A stretch of 32,000 nucleotides of DNA from an uncultured Erysipelotrichaceae bacterium (GTDB lineage: Bacteria; Bacillota_I; Bacilli_A; Erysipelotrichales; Erysipelotrichaceae). A program made the translations under genes and the position numbers. Within the stretch, counting starts at the first letter, position 1. Every line of letters begins with the position of its first letter. Under the pieces are notes generated by a model. The model saw nothing but the letters and a program-made list of their open reading frames with translations. It was not told where the DNA came from and did no database searches. Below are positions 8,124 to 19,279 of this stretch, one piece after another. Location of the stretch: positions 30,001 to 62,000 of the forward strand of contig CAYNZZ010000004.1 in the NCBI GenBank assembly GCA_964401865.1, read 5' to 3'.

Positions 8124-9032
8124 ATGAATCGAAATTCACTGTTATCCATGGACGATTTATCGAAAGAAGAAATCTTCAACATCATTGAAGATGCACAAAG
8201 TTTTTATAGTTCTTGTAATGATTGGCATTTGCCTAATACTAAGGCATTGGTAGCCAATCTTTTTTTTGAGCCTTCGACTAGAACGCATTATTCATTCGCT
8301 AGTGCGGAAATGCAATTGGGATGTCAGGTTAGTGATTTTCACAGTTCAAATTCTAGTGTTACTAAGGGCGAAACATTATACGATACCTGTAAAACATTTG
8401 AATCCATCGGTTATGATGTTTTGGTAATTCGTCATCCTGAAGATGAGTACTACAAGGAACTAGAAAATATTCAAATTCCTATTATCAATGCAGGTGATGG
8501 GAAGGGCAATCATCCGTCGCAATGCTTATTAGATTTATTGACTATCTACCAAGAATTTCATCACTTTGAAGGATTGAAGGTCTTGATTGTTGGCGACATT
8601 GCTCATTCAAGAGTTGCGACATCTGATAAAGTGGCGCTTGAAAAATTGGGTGCTGAAGTATGCTTTGCCGGGCCTAAGGAATGGGCGAGAAACGATTACA
8701 ACTATGTTGATTTTGATAAGACGATCAAAGAAGCTGATGTTGTAATGATGCTTAGAATTCAAAAAGAAAGAGGAGCCAGTTTAAAAGATATGAGTGATGC
8801 AGAATATCTTGACACTTATGGTTTGAATAAAAATAGATACGCTATGATGAAAGATAATGCGATATTGATGCATCCGGCACCTGTTAATCGTGGAGTTGAA
8901 ATAGATGATGAACTCGTTGAAGCACCAAAATCAAGAATCTTTAAACAGATGTCAAATGGGGTTCTAGTCAGAAAGGCAATTATCAAAAGAGCGTTTGGTT
9001 ATAAAACTTTTAAGGAGGACAGATGCGTTTAA
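8124..9032 (+). CDS. pyrB: Aspartate carbamoyltransferase catalytic subunit
   Basis: I trimmed the start to the ATG at 8124 (SD AAAGGGGA). Motifs are FFEPSTRT, IRHPE, GNHPSQCLLDL, GDIAHSRV, LRIQKER and MHPAPVNRGVEIDD. It is close to B. subtilis PyrB as I remember it. Confidence 0.95.
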   Translation: MNRNSLLSMDDLSKEEIFNIIEDAQSFYSSCNDWHLPNTKALVANLFFEPSTRTHYSFASAEMQLGCQVSDFHSSNSSVTKGETLYDTCKTFESIGYDVLVIRHPEDEYYKELENIQIPIINAGDGKGNHPSQCLLDLLTIYQEFHHFEGLKVLIVGDIAHSRVATSDKVALEKLGAEVCFAGPKEWARNDYNYVDFDKTIKEADVVMMLRIQKERGASLKDMSDAEYLDTYGLNKNRYAMMKDNAILMHPAPVNRGVEIDDELVEAPKSRIFKQMSNGVLVRKAIIKRAFGYKTFKEDRCV

Positions 9033-10288
9033 TCAAAAATGGTAATGTCGTATTCAATGATAGCGTAGCTAAAGCTGATATATTAATTGATGAAGGCAAG
9101 ATTGTCGATATTCAAGACGAGTTGAATGTCGAAAATGTCGAAGTGCTTAATGTCGATGGCTTATATGTTCTGCCTGGTCTTATTGATGTACATGTTCACT
9201 TAAGAGAACCTGGATACACTCATAAAGAAACGATTAGAACCGGAACTATGGCAGCGGTTAAAGGTGGTTTCACAACTATCTGTCCAATGCCTAATGTTAT
9301 TCCCTATCCTGACAATGTAGAGACCGTTAAGGAATACCTGAAGCTTATCGATGAAAATGCAGTAAATAACGTATACCCTTATGCTACGATGACAAAAGCG
9401 GAAAAAGGGTTGGAAGTTGTTGATATTAAAGAGATTAAGAAGTTGGGAATAGAAATATTCTCTGATGACGGAGTAGGAGTTAAAGATGATGCGATTATGC
9501 AAGAAATCTTTAATCAAGCCAAAGAAAATGATGTCATGATTGTCGCTCATACCGAAGATATGAATTATAGACCAAAAGGAGCATCGGTTCATTTAGGAAG
9601 CTATACCAACCAGCTTGGATATATTGGTATTGATAGCAAGTGTGAATCTGAAGCTTTAAAAAGAGATCTCGATATCATGCTTAAAGGAAATAAGTACCAC
9701 GCTTGCCACATATCTGCTAAAGAAAGCGTTGAATATTTAAGAGAAGCCAAGAAAAAAGGTCTTGATGTAAGTGGTGAAGTTACCGCGCATCATCTCATTC
9801 TTGAAGATAAAGATGTTAAAGGGACGAATTTTAAGATGAATCCGCCTTTAAGAAGCCATGAAGATCGTATGGCTTTAATTAAGGGGTTAGAAGATGAAAC
9901 ACTTGACTTTATCGCTAGTGATCATGCTCCACATACCGAAGAAGAAAAATCAAAGTCGATGGAAGAAGCGCCATTTGGCATTGTGTCTTTAGAAACAAGC
10001 TTTCCGCTTCTTTATACCGAGTTTGTAAAAAATGAAAAGAGATGGTCGCTTAACGATTTAGTTAAGTATATGTCATTTAAACCGGCTAAGCGTTTCAACT
10101 TCATAAATAAAGGGGAAATTGCGGTTGGCAAAGATGCTGATTTGACTATTGTGGATTTAGAACATCAATTTACAATAGATAAAAATGAATTTGTATCAAT
10201 GGGTCATAATACACCATTTGATAAATGGAAAGTATATGGCAAAATAAAAGAAACAATTGTAGGTGGAAAAACTGTATGGAAAGGATAA
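9023..10288 (+). CDS. pyrC: Dihydroorotase
   Basis: 421 aa. Metal-ligand motifs are DVHVHLREPG, FSDDG, VAHTED and ASDHAPH. It overlaps the pyrB stop by 10 nt. Confidence 0.95.
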   Translation: MRLIKNGNVVFNDSVAKADILIDEGKIVDIQDELNVENVEVLNVDGLYVLPGLIDVHVHLREPGYTHKETIRTGTMAAVKGGFTTICPMPNVIPYPDNVETVKEYLKLIDENAVNNVYPYATMTKAEKGLEVVDIKEIKKLGIEIFSDDGVGVKDDAIMQEIFNQAKENDVMIVAHTEDMNYRPKGASVHLGSYTNQLGYIGIDSKCESEALKRDLDIMLKGNKYHACHISAKESVEYLREAKKKGLDVSGEVTAHHLILEDKDVKGTNFKMNPPLRSHEDRMALIKGLEDETLDFIASDHAPHTEEEKSKSMEEAPFGIVSLETSFPLLYTEFVKNEKRWSLNDLVKYMSFKPAKRFNFINKGEIAVGKDADLTIVDLEHQFTIDKNEFVSMGHNTPFDKWKVYGKIKETIVGGKTVWKG

Positions 10289-10290
10289 AC

Positions 10291-11346
10291 ATGAAGAGAA
10301 TACTAGTATTAGAAGATGGTAGCAGCTACGAAGGTGTAGCTATTGGCGGAAACAACTACAAAGTTGGCGAATTGGTGTTTAACACAACAGTTTCTGGATA
10401 TCAAGAAGTGTTGACCGATCTTTCGTCGGCCGGTCAAATTGTTGTGATGACTTATCCGTTAATTGGCAATTGCGGTATCAATCGTGATGATTATGAAAGT
10501 ATTAATCCGGCTATTTTTGGAGTTGTAGTTAAAGATGAATGTTTATGTCCAAGCAATTGGCGTAGTCAGGAAAGTATTGAAGACTTCTTGTTACGAGATA
10601 ATATTCCAGGTATTGCTGATATTGATACAAGAGCTTTAGTTACTAAGTTAAGAGATAAAGGCAATATGAAAGCTTGTTTCGCCGATGAAGGTGATGACAT
10701 TGAAAAAGTTGTAGAAAAAATTAAAAATACTAAGATGAAGAACCTTGTTAGTGAAGTGTCTTCATTAAAATCATTCTCTATTCCAAGTGATGGCAAACGT
10801 ATTGTTATTATTGATTTTGGTATTAAATTAAATATCTTAAAAGAATTGACTTTGAAGGGATTTGACATCATTGTATTGCCTTATAACACCGATGCTAAAA
10901 CAGTAATGTCTTTTGCACCTGATGGTGTGTTCTTATCAAATGGGCCTAGCGATCCAAGAGAACTTACAAGTTCAATTGAAACTATCAGGGAATTGCTTCC
11001 AAAGACCGTTGTATTTGGAGTTGGATTAGGCCATGAATTATTAGCATTGGCGTGTGGTGCCAATATTATAAAAATGAGTGTTGGACATCATGGTGGACAT
11101 CCTGTGTTATCTAAAAAAGATAATAAAGTTATGATTACCAACCAAAACCATAGTTTTGTGGTAGATAAAGATTCTATTGCAAACACTGAGCTTGAAATAA
11201 GCCATATAGCTTTAAATGATGGTAGTGTTGAAGGTATTTATCATACAAGATATAAGGCTTTCTCGGTGCAATTCTATCCAGATACAAAAACACACAACGA
11301 AAATATGTATGATCAATTTAAGAAGATGATGGAAGAGGAGAGATAA
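10291..11346 (+). CDS. carA: Carbamoyl-phosphate synthase small subunit with a substituted glutaminase triad (see findings)
   Basis: I trimmed the start to the ATG at 10291 ([15 protein letters not shown]; SD GGAAAGGA). The N-terminal CPSase small-chain domain is present ([25 protein letters not shown]). The C-terminal class-I GATase fold is present ([26 protein letters not shown]). The nucleophile-elbow motif reads GVGLGHE and the His/Glu motif reads QFYPD. Confidence 0.9.
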   Translation: MKRILVLEDGSSYEGVAIGGNNYKVGELVFNTTVSGYQEVLTDLSSAGQIVVMTYPLIGNCGINRDDYESINPAIFGVVVKDECLCPSNWRSQESIEDFLLRDNIPGIADIDTRALVTKLRDKGNMKACFADEGDDIEKVVEKIKNTKMKNLVSEVSSLKSFSIPSDGKRIVIIDFGIKLNILKELTLKGFDIIVLPYNTDAKTVMSFAPDGVFLSNGPSDPRELTSSIETIRELLPKTVVFGVGLGHELLALACGANIIKMSVGHHGGHPVLSKKDNKVMITNQNHSFVVDKDSIANTELEISHIALNDGSVEGIYHTRYKAFSVQFYPDTKTHNENMYDQFKKMMEEER

Positions 11347-11347
11347 G

Positions 11348-14300
11348 ATGCCTAAAAGAGAAGATATTAAAAAGATTTTAGTTATTGGTTCAGGACCTAT
11401 TATCATTGGGCAAGCTGCTGAATTTGACTATGCCGGTACTCAAGCTTGCCAATCTTTGAAAGAAGAAGGTTATGAAGTAGTTCTTATAAACTCTAATCCT
11501 GCAACCATCATGACTGATAATGTAGTAGCTGATAAGGTTTATATTGAACCAATCAATCTTGATTTTGCTAAAAGAATTATTTATAAAGAAAGACCTGACG
11601 CCATCCTTGGCTCATTGGGTGGACAAACTGGGTTGAACCTTGTTGTTGAACTATCGGAAGACGGTATTTTAGATGAATATGGTGTGGAAATACTAGGTAC
11701 TGATTTAAGAGCAATTAATAAAGCAGAAGATAGAGAATTATTCCGTTCTTTAATGCAGGAAATTGGTGAGCCTATTCCAGCTAGTAAAATCGTTCACACT
11801 ACTCAAGAAGCGGTAGATTATTGTAAAGAACTTGGATATCCGGTAGTAGTTAGACCGGCATATACGCTAGGCGGAACTGGTGGTGGTTTCGCTGACAACG
11901 AAGAACAACTTAGGGCAATATGCGAAGCAGGTTTGAAGATTTCGCCAGTTCATCAGTGTTTAATCGAACAAAGTATTGCTGGATATAAGGAAATTGAATA
12001 TGAAGTAATCCGCGACAACAATGACAATGCTATTGTGGTATGTAATATGGAAAATGTTGATCCTGTTGGTATCCATACCGGCGATAGTATTGTGGTTGCC
12101 CCAGTTCAGACATTAACTGCTTATGAAGCTAATATGTTAAAAGAGGCTTCGTTAAAGATCATTCGTGCCTTAAAGATTTGTGGTGGCTGTAATGTTCAAT
12201 TAGCTCTAAATCCTAAGAGCTTCAATTATTATGTAATCGAAGTAAATCCTCGTGTGTCTAGATCGAGTGCTTTAGCTAGTAAGGCTACTGGTTATCCAAT
12301 CGCTAAGATTTCTGCTAAATTAGCCGTTGGTTTGACACTAGATGAAATTATGAATCCAGTTACTAAAAACACATATGCTTGTTTTGAACCAACTGTTGAC
12401 TATGTTGTTAGTAAATTCCCACGTTTCCCATTTGATAAATTTCCTAATGCCGATCGTCGTTTAGGAACACAGATGAAGGCTACCGGTGAAGTTATGTCAA
12501 TCGGTCGTAACTTTGAAGAATCACTTTTAAAAGCTGTACGTTCTTTAGAGATGAAAGTAAATCACTTGTTCATTAAGGAAATGGCTGACTATAGTGAGGA
12601 AGAATTGTTAGCATTAATTAAACAATGTGATGATAGAAGAATATTTGCGATTGCTGAATGGTTACGCAAAGGTCTAAGCATTGATACAATTGCTGAAACG
12701 ACTAAGATGGATATGTTCTTCTTGTCACACATTAAAAATATTATTGATTTAGAGAAATTAGCTAAAGAAAATATTATGAATCACGAAGTGTTGAAAACAC
12801 TTAAGAAGCATGGCTTCTCTGATGCTTATATCGCAAGCATTTGGAATGTAAAAGAGAAAGAAATATCTGCACTTCGTCATAAACACCATATTGTCCCAGT
12901 ATATAAGATGGTTGATACTTGTGCAGGTGAATATAGAAGTGCTACTCCATACTTCTATTCAAGCTATGAATTAGAAAATGAATCAGTTTCTAGTAATTCA
13001 GAAAAAATTATTGTATTGGGTTCTGGACCTATCCGTATTGGACAAGGTGTAGAATTTGACTATGCTACTGTTCACTGTGTCGACACAATTAGAAGCTTAG
13101 GCTATGAAGCTATTATCATCAATAATAACCCTGAAACTGTTTCTACTGATTTCGCTATCAGTGATAAGTTATACTTTGAACCATTAACTACTGAAGATGT
13201 AATGCATGTCATTGAACTTGAAAAACCATTAGGGGTTATTGTGCAATTTGGTGGTCAGACGGCTATTAACTTAGCTGAATCACTTGTCGAAAATGGTGTT
13301 AGAATTCTAGGAACATCTCTTGAATCGATCGATAAGGCTGAAGACCGTCATGAATTCGAGAAGATGCTTGAAGAGTTAGAAATTCCTCAACCAGTTGGTG
13401 AAACGGCCGTTACTGTTGATGAAGCGTTGGTAATTGCTAATAAGATTGGCTATCCGGTACTAGTAAGACCTTCGTATGTATTGGGTGGCAGAGCGATGGA
13501 AATTGTTCAAAACGACCAAGAATTAAGTCATTATATGCAAAATGCTGTTAAAGAGATTTCTCATGATGCACCAATCTTGGTTGATAAATATATTGTTGGT
13601 AAGGAATTAGAAATTGATGCTATCTGTGATGGTGAAGAAGTGTATATTCCAGGTGTTATGGAACACATTGAAAGAGCCGGTGTACACTCTGGTGACTCAA
13701 TCTCTGTATATCCAACTCAAACAATTTCCAAGAAAGCTAAAGAAACAATTATCGATTATTCAATCAGAATTGGAAAAGGTTTTAAATTCATTGGTCTTTA
13801 CAATATTCAATTCATTGTTGATAAACAAGAAAATGTTTATGTCTTAGAAGTAAATCCTCGTTCAAGTAGAACAGTACCGTTCTTATCTAAGATTACCGGT
13901 GTAGCGATGAGTAATGTTGCTACTAAAGCTATACTTGGTCAAAGCTTAGTTGAACAGGGATTTGTTCCAGGATATCATCAAGAATCATTAAGTCGCGTAT
14001 ATGTAAAAGCTCCGGTATTCTCGTTTGCAAAACTACGTTCGGTTGATACGGTTTTAGGACCTGAAATGAAGTCAACTGGTGAAGCACTAGGTAGTGATGT
14101 AAGCCTAGAAAAAGCACTTTATAAAGCATTGATCGCCTCAGGTGTATCTATTTCTACTCATGGTAACGTATTAATGACAATTGCCGGTAATGATAAGCAA
14201 GAAGCATTAGAAATTGCTAGACGCTTCGCTAATATCGGTTATGGCATCTATGCAACTGGTGGTACAGCTAGAGTTTTTGAAGAAAGTGGTTTAAGAGTAC

Positions 14301-14560
14301 ATATTGCATCAAAAATTGACCAAGGTGATAAAGACAATGTTATCGATATCATCCGTGAAGGAAGAGTTAATTTTGTTATCAACACTATGTCTTCAAAAGA
14401 AAAGACACATTTAGATGGTTTCTTAATTCGTCGTGTATCAGCCGAAAATAACATTTCTTGTATGACTAGTCTAGATACCGCTAATGCGCTTGTCAGCATT
14501 CTTGAATCATTGAGTTTCTCAATGATTTCGATGAATGATTTGGAGAAAAACCGATGCTAG
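11348..14560 (+). CDS. carB: Carbamoyl-phosphate synthase large subunit
   Basis: 1070 aa. The start [34 protein letters not shown] is followed by two ATP-grasp halves, the second beginning [40 protein letters not shown] is present, as is a C-terminal MGS-like allosteric domain. Confidence 0.97.
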   Translation: MPKREDIKKILVIGSGPIIIGQAAEFDYAGTQACQSLKEEGYEVVLINSNPATIMTDNVVADKVYIEPINLDFAKRIIYKERPDAILGSLGGQTGLNLVVELSEDGILDEYGVEILGTDLRAINKAEDRELFRSLMQEIGEPIPASKIVHTTQEAVDYCKELGYPVVVRPAYTLGGTGGGFADNEEQLRAICEAGLKISPVHQCLIEQSIAGYKEIEYEVIRDNNDNAIVVCNMENVDPVGIHTGDSIVVAPVQTLTAYEANMLKEASLKIIRALKICGGCNVQLALNPKSFNYYVIEVNPRVSRSSALASKATGYPIAKISAKLAVGLTLDEIMNPVTKNTYACFEPTVDYVVSKFPRFPFDKFPNADRRLGTQMKATGEVMSIGRNFEESLLKAVRSLEMKVNHLFIKEMADYSEEELLALIKQCDDRRIFAIAEWLRKGLSIDTIAETTKMDMFFLSHIKNIIDLEKLAKENIMNHEVLKTLKKHGFSDAYIASIWNVKEKEISALRHKHHIVPVYKMVDTCAGEYRSATPYFYSSYELENESVSSNSEKIIVLGSGPIRIGQGVEFDYATVHCVDTIRSLGYEAIIINNNPETVSTDFAISDKLYFEPLTTEDVMHVIELEKPLGVIVQFGGQTAINLAESLVENGVRILGTSLESIDKAEDRHEFEKMLEELEIPQPVGETAVTVDEALVIANKIGYPVLVRPSYVLGGRAMEIVQNDQELSHYMQNAVKEISHDAPILVDKYIVGKELEIDAICDGEEVYIPGVMEHIERAGVHSGDSISVYPTQTISKKAKETIIDYSIRIGKGFKFIGLYNIQFIVDKQENVYVLEVNPRSSRTVPFLSKITGVAMSNVATKAILGQSLVEQGFVPGYHQESLSRVYVKAPVFSFAKLRSVDTVLGPEMKSTGEALGSDVSLEKALYKALIASGVSISTHGNVLMTIAGNDKQEALEIARRFANIGYGIYATGGTARVFEESGLRVHIASKIDQGDKDNVIDIIREGRVNFVINTMSSKEKTHLDGFLIRRVSAENNISCMTSLDTANALVSILESLSFSMISMNDLEKNRC

Positions 14561-15279
14561 AAAGATGTAAAGTATTAAGTAATGAGATGATAGCTAAAGA
14601 TATTTATCAAATGGAGATAAGAACATCTTTAGCAAAAAATGCGAAAGCGGGACAATTTATTGAGATTGAAGTTGAAGGATTTTATCTTAGACGACCAATT
14701 TCGATTCATAAAATTGGCGAAGATACCATTACAATCATCTATAAGATATTAGGTGAAGGTACAAAAGCTTTGGCTCTTGTCAAAGATGAGGTATCAATTA
14801 TGGCACCTTTAGGAAATGGTTTTCCTATCGAAAATAAAAAAGCAGTAATTATAGGTGGCGGAATTGGTGTTCCACCTCTATACGAATTAGCTAGAGAGCT
14901 TTTAAAACAAGGTAATGAAGTTAAAGTTGTCTTAGGTTTTCTTGATGCATCGCAAGTTATTTTGGAAAAAGAATTTAAAGAGCTGGGTATTGAAACATAT
15001 GTAACAACTGATAATGGTTCATATGGTTTTAAAGGTAATGTATGTGAACTTATGGATAGTTTAAATATGAATGATGATTTTATTATCTATGCCTGCGGCC
15101 CTTTAGGAATGCTTAAAGCATTGGAATCAAAAGGTTATCAAGGATATTTCTCTTTAGAACAGCGCATGGCTTGTGGTATTGGTGCCTGCATGGGTTGCGT
15201 AGTTGAAGGAAATGATTCCAAGGCTTATCGTGTATGTAAAGATGGACCAGTATTTGAAATAGGAAAGGTGAAGCTATGA
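14554..15279 (+). CDS. pyrK: Dihydroorotate dehydrogenase B electron-transfer subunit
   Basis: 241 aa. FAD motif RRPISI, and 2Fe-2S ligands in [13 protein letters not shown]...[10 protein letters not shown]. It overlaps the carB stop by 7 nt. TGA stop. Confidence 0.9.
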   Translation: MLERCKVLSNEMIAKDIYQMEIRTSLAKNAKAGQFIEIEVEGFYLRRPISIHKIGEDTITIIYKILGEGTKALALVKDEVSIMAPLGNGFPIENKKAVIIGGGIGVPPLYELARELLKQGNEVKVVLGFLDASQVILEKEFKELGIETYVTTDNGSYGFKGNVCELMDSLNMNDDFIIYACGPLGMLKALESKGYQGYFSLEQRMACGIGACMGCVVEGNDSKAYRVCKDGPVFEIGKVKL

Positions 15280-16190
15280 TAGATATTAGTATTGATTTAC
15301 CAGGTTTGCATTTAAAAAATCCTATTATTCCCGCTAGTGGATGCTTTGGTTTTGGAAAAGAATACAACGAATATTATGATTTATCAATATTAGGTGGTAT
15401 TGCCATTAAATCAGCTACTTTAAATGAAAGATATGGTAACAAGGGTATTAGAATAGCTGAAACAGCTTCCGGTATGCTTAACTGCATTGGTTTACAAAAC
15501 AAAGGTGTTCAATCTATTATTGATAACGAGCTTCCTTTCTTGGCGAATTTTAACACTGAAATCATCGCTAATATTGCCGGAGCTAGCGAAGAAGAATACA
15601 TCGAAGTAATAAAAGCCTTAAATGATCAAAGTGTGGTAAAGGCTTATGAGTTAAACATCTCTTGCCCTAATGTTAAACATGGCGGTATAGGCTTAGGGAC
15701 TAATCCAAAACTCGCCTATGAAATAACTAAAAAAGCTAAAGGAGTAAGTACAAAACCGGTATATGTAAAATTATCGCCAAATGTTACAAATATCGTTGAA
15801 ATCGCCAAGTCAGTCGAAGAAGCTGGTGCTGATGGCTTAGTGTTAATCAATACTTTATTGGGTATGAAAATAGATTTAAAAACCGGCAAACCACTACTTG
15901 GTAACTTGACGGGCGGTTTATCGGGACCTTGCATAAAACCAGTGGCTATTAGAATGGTATATCAGGTGGCATCAAATACTAACTTGCCTATTATAGGCGT
16001 AGGCGGTATTTCAAATGCTGAAGATGTGCTGGAGTTTTTAAATGCTGGTGCTAGTGCAGTAGAGGTAGGTGCAGCAAACTTTACAAATCCAATGGTTTGC
16101 AAAGAAATCATTGATGACTTACCAAAGGTTTTAGAAAAGTATGGTTATAAATCGCTTAAAGATGCGATTGGAAGGAGTTTAAATAAATGA
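15276..16190 (+). CDS. pyrD: Dihydroorotate dehydrogenase (class 1B) catalytic subunit
   Basis: 304 aa. Motifs are [10 protein letters not shown], the active-site Cys in [18 protein letters not shown] and IGVGGI. ATGA start/stop overlap with pyrK. Confidence 0.95.
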   Translation: MIDISIDLPGLHLKNPIIPASGCFGFGKEYNEYYDLSILGGIAIKSATLNERYGNKGIRIAETASGMLNCIGLQNKGVQSIIDNELPFLANFNTEIIANIAGASEEEYIEVIKALNDQSVVKAYELNISCPNVKHGGIGLGTNPKLAYEITKKAKGVSTKPVYVKLSPNVTNIVEIAKSVEEAGADGLVLINTLLGMKIDLKTGKPLLGNLTGGLSGPCIKPVAIRMVYQVASNTNLPIIGVGGISNAEDVLEFLNAGASAVEVGAANFTNPMVCKEIIDDLPKVLEKYGYKSLKDAIGRSLNK

Positions 16191-16882
16191 CACAAACAAT
16201 AGTGGCTCTTGATTTTTCTACTAAAGAGGAAACTTTGAATTTCTTGGCTAAATTCCATAAACCTATTTATGTTAAAATTGGCATGGAATTAACATATGCT
16301 TGTGGTTTGGAGATTGTTAAAGATATCAAGGCTTTAGGCCATAAAATCTTCTTGGACTTGAAATTACATGATATTCCAAACACTGTAAAAGGTGGCATGA
16401 AAAATTTAGCATCTTTAGGTGTGGATATTGTCAATGTTCACTGTGCTGGCGGAAGTGAAATGATGAAGGCAGCTATTGAAGGTTTAAATATTGGCAAAAC
16501 CGGTGATAAAAGGCCTTTATGTATTGGCGTAACACAATTGACTTCTACAACGAAAGAAATGCTTAATGAAGAATTATTAATTGATGGCGAAGTAATTGAT
16601 GCGGTATTGCATTATGCATTGAATGCTAAAAAGGCTGGTTTAGATGGTGTTGTTTGTTCGGTTCATGAGGCTAAGAGAATTCATGAAGTATGCGGTAATG
16701 ACTTTATCACTGTTACTCCTGGTATTAGATTGAGCAATGACAGTAAAGATGATCAAAAAAGAGTTGCCACTCCAGTATATGCTAAACAGATGGGATCAGA
16801 CTATATTGTAGTAGGACGTTCAATTACGAAATCCGACGATCCAAAAGCTACATACGATATGATTGAGGAGATGGTTAGATAA
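16187..16882 (+). CDS. pyrF: Orotidine-5'-phosphate decarboxylase
   Basis: 231 aa. Motifs are [19 protein letters not shown] (DxKxxD) and VVGRSI. ATGA overlap with pyrD. Confidence 0.95.
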   Translation: MTQTIVALDFSTKEETLNFLAKFHKPIYVKIGMELTYACGLEIVKDIKALGHKIFLDLKLHDIPNTVKGGMKNLASLGVDIVNVHCAGGSEMMKAAIEGLNIGKTGDKRPLCIGVTQLTSTTKEMLNEELLIDGEVIDAVLHYALNAKKAGLDGVVCSVHEAKRIHEVCGNDFITVTPGIRLSNDSKDDQKRVATPVYAKQMGSDYIVVGRSITKSDDPKATYDMIEEMVR

Positions 16883-17547
16883 TGGAAGCATATAAAAAAG
16901 AATTTATTGAATTTATGCTGGAAAGTGATGTCTTGAAATTTGGTGACTTCACTTTAAAGTCGGGTCGTAAAAGTCCATTCTTCATGAATGCAGGAGCATA
17001 TGAAAATGGATATCAGTTAATTAAGCTAGGTGAATTTTATGCTAGGGCAATTAAAGAGACATATGGTTTAGAATTTGATGTATTGTTTGGGCCTGCGTAT
17101 AAAGGAATTCCTATTGCTGTCGCAACTGCCATGGCATTTTATAATCTATATGGCAAGAAAGTAAGCTATACAAGTGACAGAAAAGAAATCAAGGATCACG
17201 GAGCTGACAAGGGCGGGTTGCTCGGGCATAAACTTCAAGATGGCGAAAGAGTGGTCATGATCGAAGATGTTACGACATCAGGCAAATCAATGGAAGAAAC
17301 AGTTCCCAAGGTATTGGGTGCCGCAAATGTGAGTATTGTGGGTTTGATGGTTTCTTTAAATCGCAATGAGAAAGGAAAAACCGATAAGGGTGCTCTTGAA
17401 GAAGTGAGTGAATTATATGGTTTTAAAACTTCATGTATCGTTTCGATGAAAGAAGTTAGAGCCTACCTAGAAGAAAAAGGCAGTCTCGATCAGGAGATGA
17501 TTAAAAAATTAGATGATTACTATGCTCAATACGGGAGCTTAGATTAA
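16882..17547 (+). CDS. pyrE: Orotate phosphoribosyltransferase
   Basis: 221 aa. It has LKSGRKSPFF and the PRPP-binding motif VVMIEDVTTSGKS. TAATG overlap with pyrF. Confidence 0.95.
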   Translation: MEAYKKEFIEFMLESDVLKFGDFTLKSGRKSPFFMNAGAYENGYQLIKLGEFYARAIKETYGLEFDVLFGPAYKGIPIAVATAMAFYNLYGKKVSYTSDRKEIKDHGADKGGLLGHKLQDGERVVMIEDVTTSGKSMEETVPKVLGAANVSIVGLMVSLNRNEKGKTDKGALEEVSELYGFKTSCIVSMKEVRAYLEEKGSLDQEMIKKLDDYYAQYGSLD

Positions 17548-17549
17548 CA

Positions 17550-18500
17550 ATGAATGTAATAATTAATATTATTTTCATTATTATTGGGTTTGTATTGCTC
17601 ATGAAAGGTGCTGATTTTTTGGTTGATGGTGCTAGTGCTATTGCCAGTAAATTTGGCATTCCTCAAATAATCATTGGTTTAACCGTAGTTGCTATTGGTA
17701 CATCAATGCCTGAATTAATGGTTTCTGCTTCGGCGGCTTTGAGTGGTTTTTCTGATTTATCAATCGGTAATGTAGTGGGAAGCAATATTGCCAATATTCT
17801 TCTTATCTTAGGAACATGTGCCATTATTAATAATTTGGAATTCAAGCACTCAACTGCAAAGGTTGAAAGCCCATTTATGATATTTGTGACAATATTGTTA
17901 TTTGTCATGGCTAATATGAGTAATGAACATATCATTACTAGAATCAATGGCTTAATTTTATTGACACTTTGTATCTTATATCTTGCCTATAATGTTTATA
18001 TGGCTAAAAAGGCTAAAGAAATCAAACAAGATAAAGAAGATTCGATGTCGATTACATTAGCTATTATTTATGTTATATGTGGAATTGCTGCGCTGAAATT
18101 TGGTGGTGATTTTGTAGTTGATAATGCTACTAGCCTTGCCAAAACGATAGGTATTTCCGAGAAATTGATTGGGGTTACAATTGTATCAGTAGCTACATCA
18201 CTTCCTGAACTTGTAACTTCTATTACTGCCACGAGAAAAGGAACTGTTGACATTGCGATTGGCAATATCATCGGTTCAAATATCTTTAATATCGTTTTGA
18301 TATTAGGTGTATCTTCAATTATTTCACCTATTCATTATGCAGTATCATATAATTTTGATTTGATGTATTTGATTGTGGTATCTATATTATTTGGAATTAT
18401 TCCTTTTATTAAAAAGAGATATCAAATGGTTAGATATCAGGGAATTATATTTGTATTATTATATGTCGCTTTTATTGTTCGAGCGATAATTAAAGGTTAA
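17550..18500 (+). CDS. Ca2+/Na+ antiporter, CaCA (YrbG-like) family
   Basis: 316 aa polytopic membrane protein. It carries the two alpha-repeat motifs GNVVGSNIANILLILG and GNIIGSNIFNIVLILG. It starts 2 nt after the pyrE stop. Confidence 0.85.
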   Translation: MNVIINIIFIIIGFVLLMKGADFLVDGASAIASKFGIPQIIIGLTVVAIGTSMPELMVSASAALSGFSDLSIGNVVGSNIANILLILGTCAIINNLEFKHSTAKVESPFMIFVTILLFVMANMSNEHIITRINGLILLTLCILYLAYNVYMAKKAKEIKQDKEDSMSITLAIIYVICGIAALKFGGDFVVDNATSLAKTIGISEKLIGVTIVSVATSLPELVTSITATRKGTVDIAIGNIIGSNIFNIVLILGVSSIISPIHYAVSYNFDLMYLIVVSILFGIIPFIKKRYQMVRYQGIIFVLLYVAFIVRAIIKG

Positions 18501-19235
18501 TTACTTTTTAAAAAGATTTACTTTATCGGTATTATGTAGAGATAAAAGAAAGTTTTCTTTAGCTTGTGGGTATTCTCTATATATCTGGTTGAGTAAATTT
18601 TTAATATCCTGTCTTTTACTAAAGCCATCATTTGGACATCCACTCTTAATGCTTGGAATGTTTAAATCTGTATTGGCTTTTTTTATTTCTTTTTCAAAAG
18701 CTAATATAAATGGTCTGATAAAAGTGACATCTTCTCTTTCGAGATGCATCTTGGGATCAAAAGTTGCGATTCTGCCACCGTATATCATATTCAAAAACAT
18801 TGTCTCGATTGCGTCATCACCATGATGACCGAAAGCTATTTTATTACATCCTAATCCTTTTCCGGCTTTTATAACTGCACCTTTTTTCAGTGTTGAACAA
18901 AGACTGCACTGAATCTTATCGTTTTTAAGATTGCGATTTAAGATGTCGGCAATCAAGCTTTTTTCTTCGTATATATCAATTTTATATGGTTCAAACCATT
19001 TTTTAACAGGCGAGAAATCTTCTTTGTGAAAATTTAAATCGATGTGGATACCAACTATATCAAAGTGTTTATCAAAGGTATTGGCAGCTAAGAATTGATA
19101 TAGATATAAGGTGTATAAAAGTAATGATGAATCTTTGCCGCCACTTAATCCAACGCCAATCTTATCGCCATTTTCTATTAAACCATATTCTAAGTCAGCT
19201 TTTCTGACCTTCGCCAAGACTTTTTTTAAAGACAT
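18501..19235 (-). CDS. PP-loop ATP pyrophosphatase, TtcA-like tRNA thiolation enzyme
   Basis: 244 aa. PP-loop SGGKDS, a CSLC (CxxC) motif plus a later KSGCP Cys, and GHHGDDAIETMFLN. The pattern fits the TtcA family. Confidence 0.8.
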   Translation of the reverse strand: MSLKKVLAKVRKADLEYGLIENGDKIGVGLSGGKDSSLLLYTLYLYQFLAANTFDKHFDIVGIHIDLNFHKEDFSPVKKWFEPYKIDIYEEKSLIADILNRNLKNDKIQCSLCSTLKKGAVIKAGKGLGCNKIAFGHHGDDAIETMFLNMIYGGRIATFDPKMHLEREDVTFIRPFILAFEKEIKKANTDLNIPSIKSGCPNDGFSKRQDIKNLLNQIYREYPQAKENFLLSLHNTDKVNLFKK

Positions 19236-19244
19236 ACCCTTATT

Positions 19245-19273
19245 TTAACCTATAATATGGTTTATGTTATAAT
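19245..19273 (+). promoter_or_regulatory. Putative extended -10 promoter abutting the truB start codon
   Basis: TGtTATAAT lies at 19265-19273 (consensus -10 with a TG extension) with a weak -35 TTAACC at 19245-19250 (17-nt spacer). The truB ATG at 19280 is 6 nt after the -10. Confidence 0.4.
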
Positions 19274-19279
19274 ACATTT

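Noticed and set aside
18487-18515. TAATTAA-AGG-TTAATTA hairpin and CTTTTTAAAAAG palindrome as a bidirectional terminator between the antiporter and the ttcA-like gene
   Set aside because: The stems are A/T-only and 6-7 bp long, too weak to call, and such palindromes are common in DNA this AT-rich.
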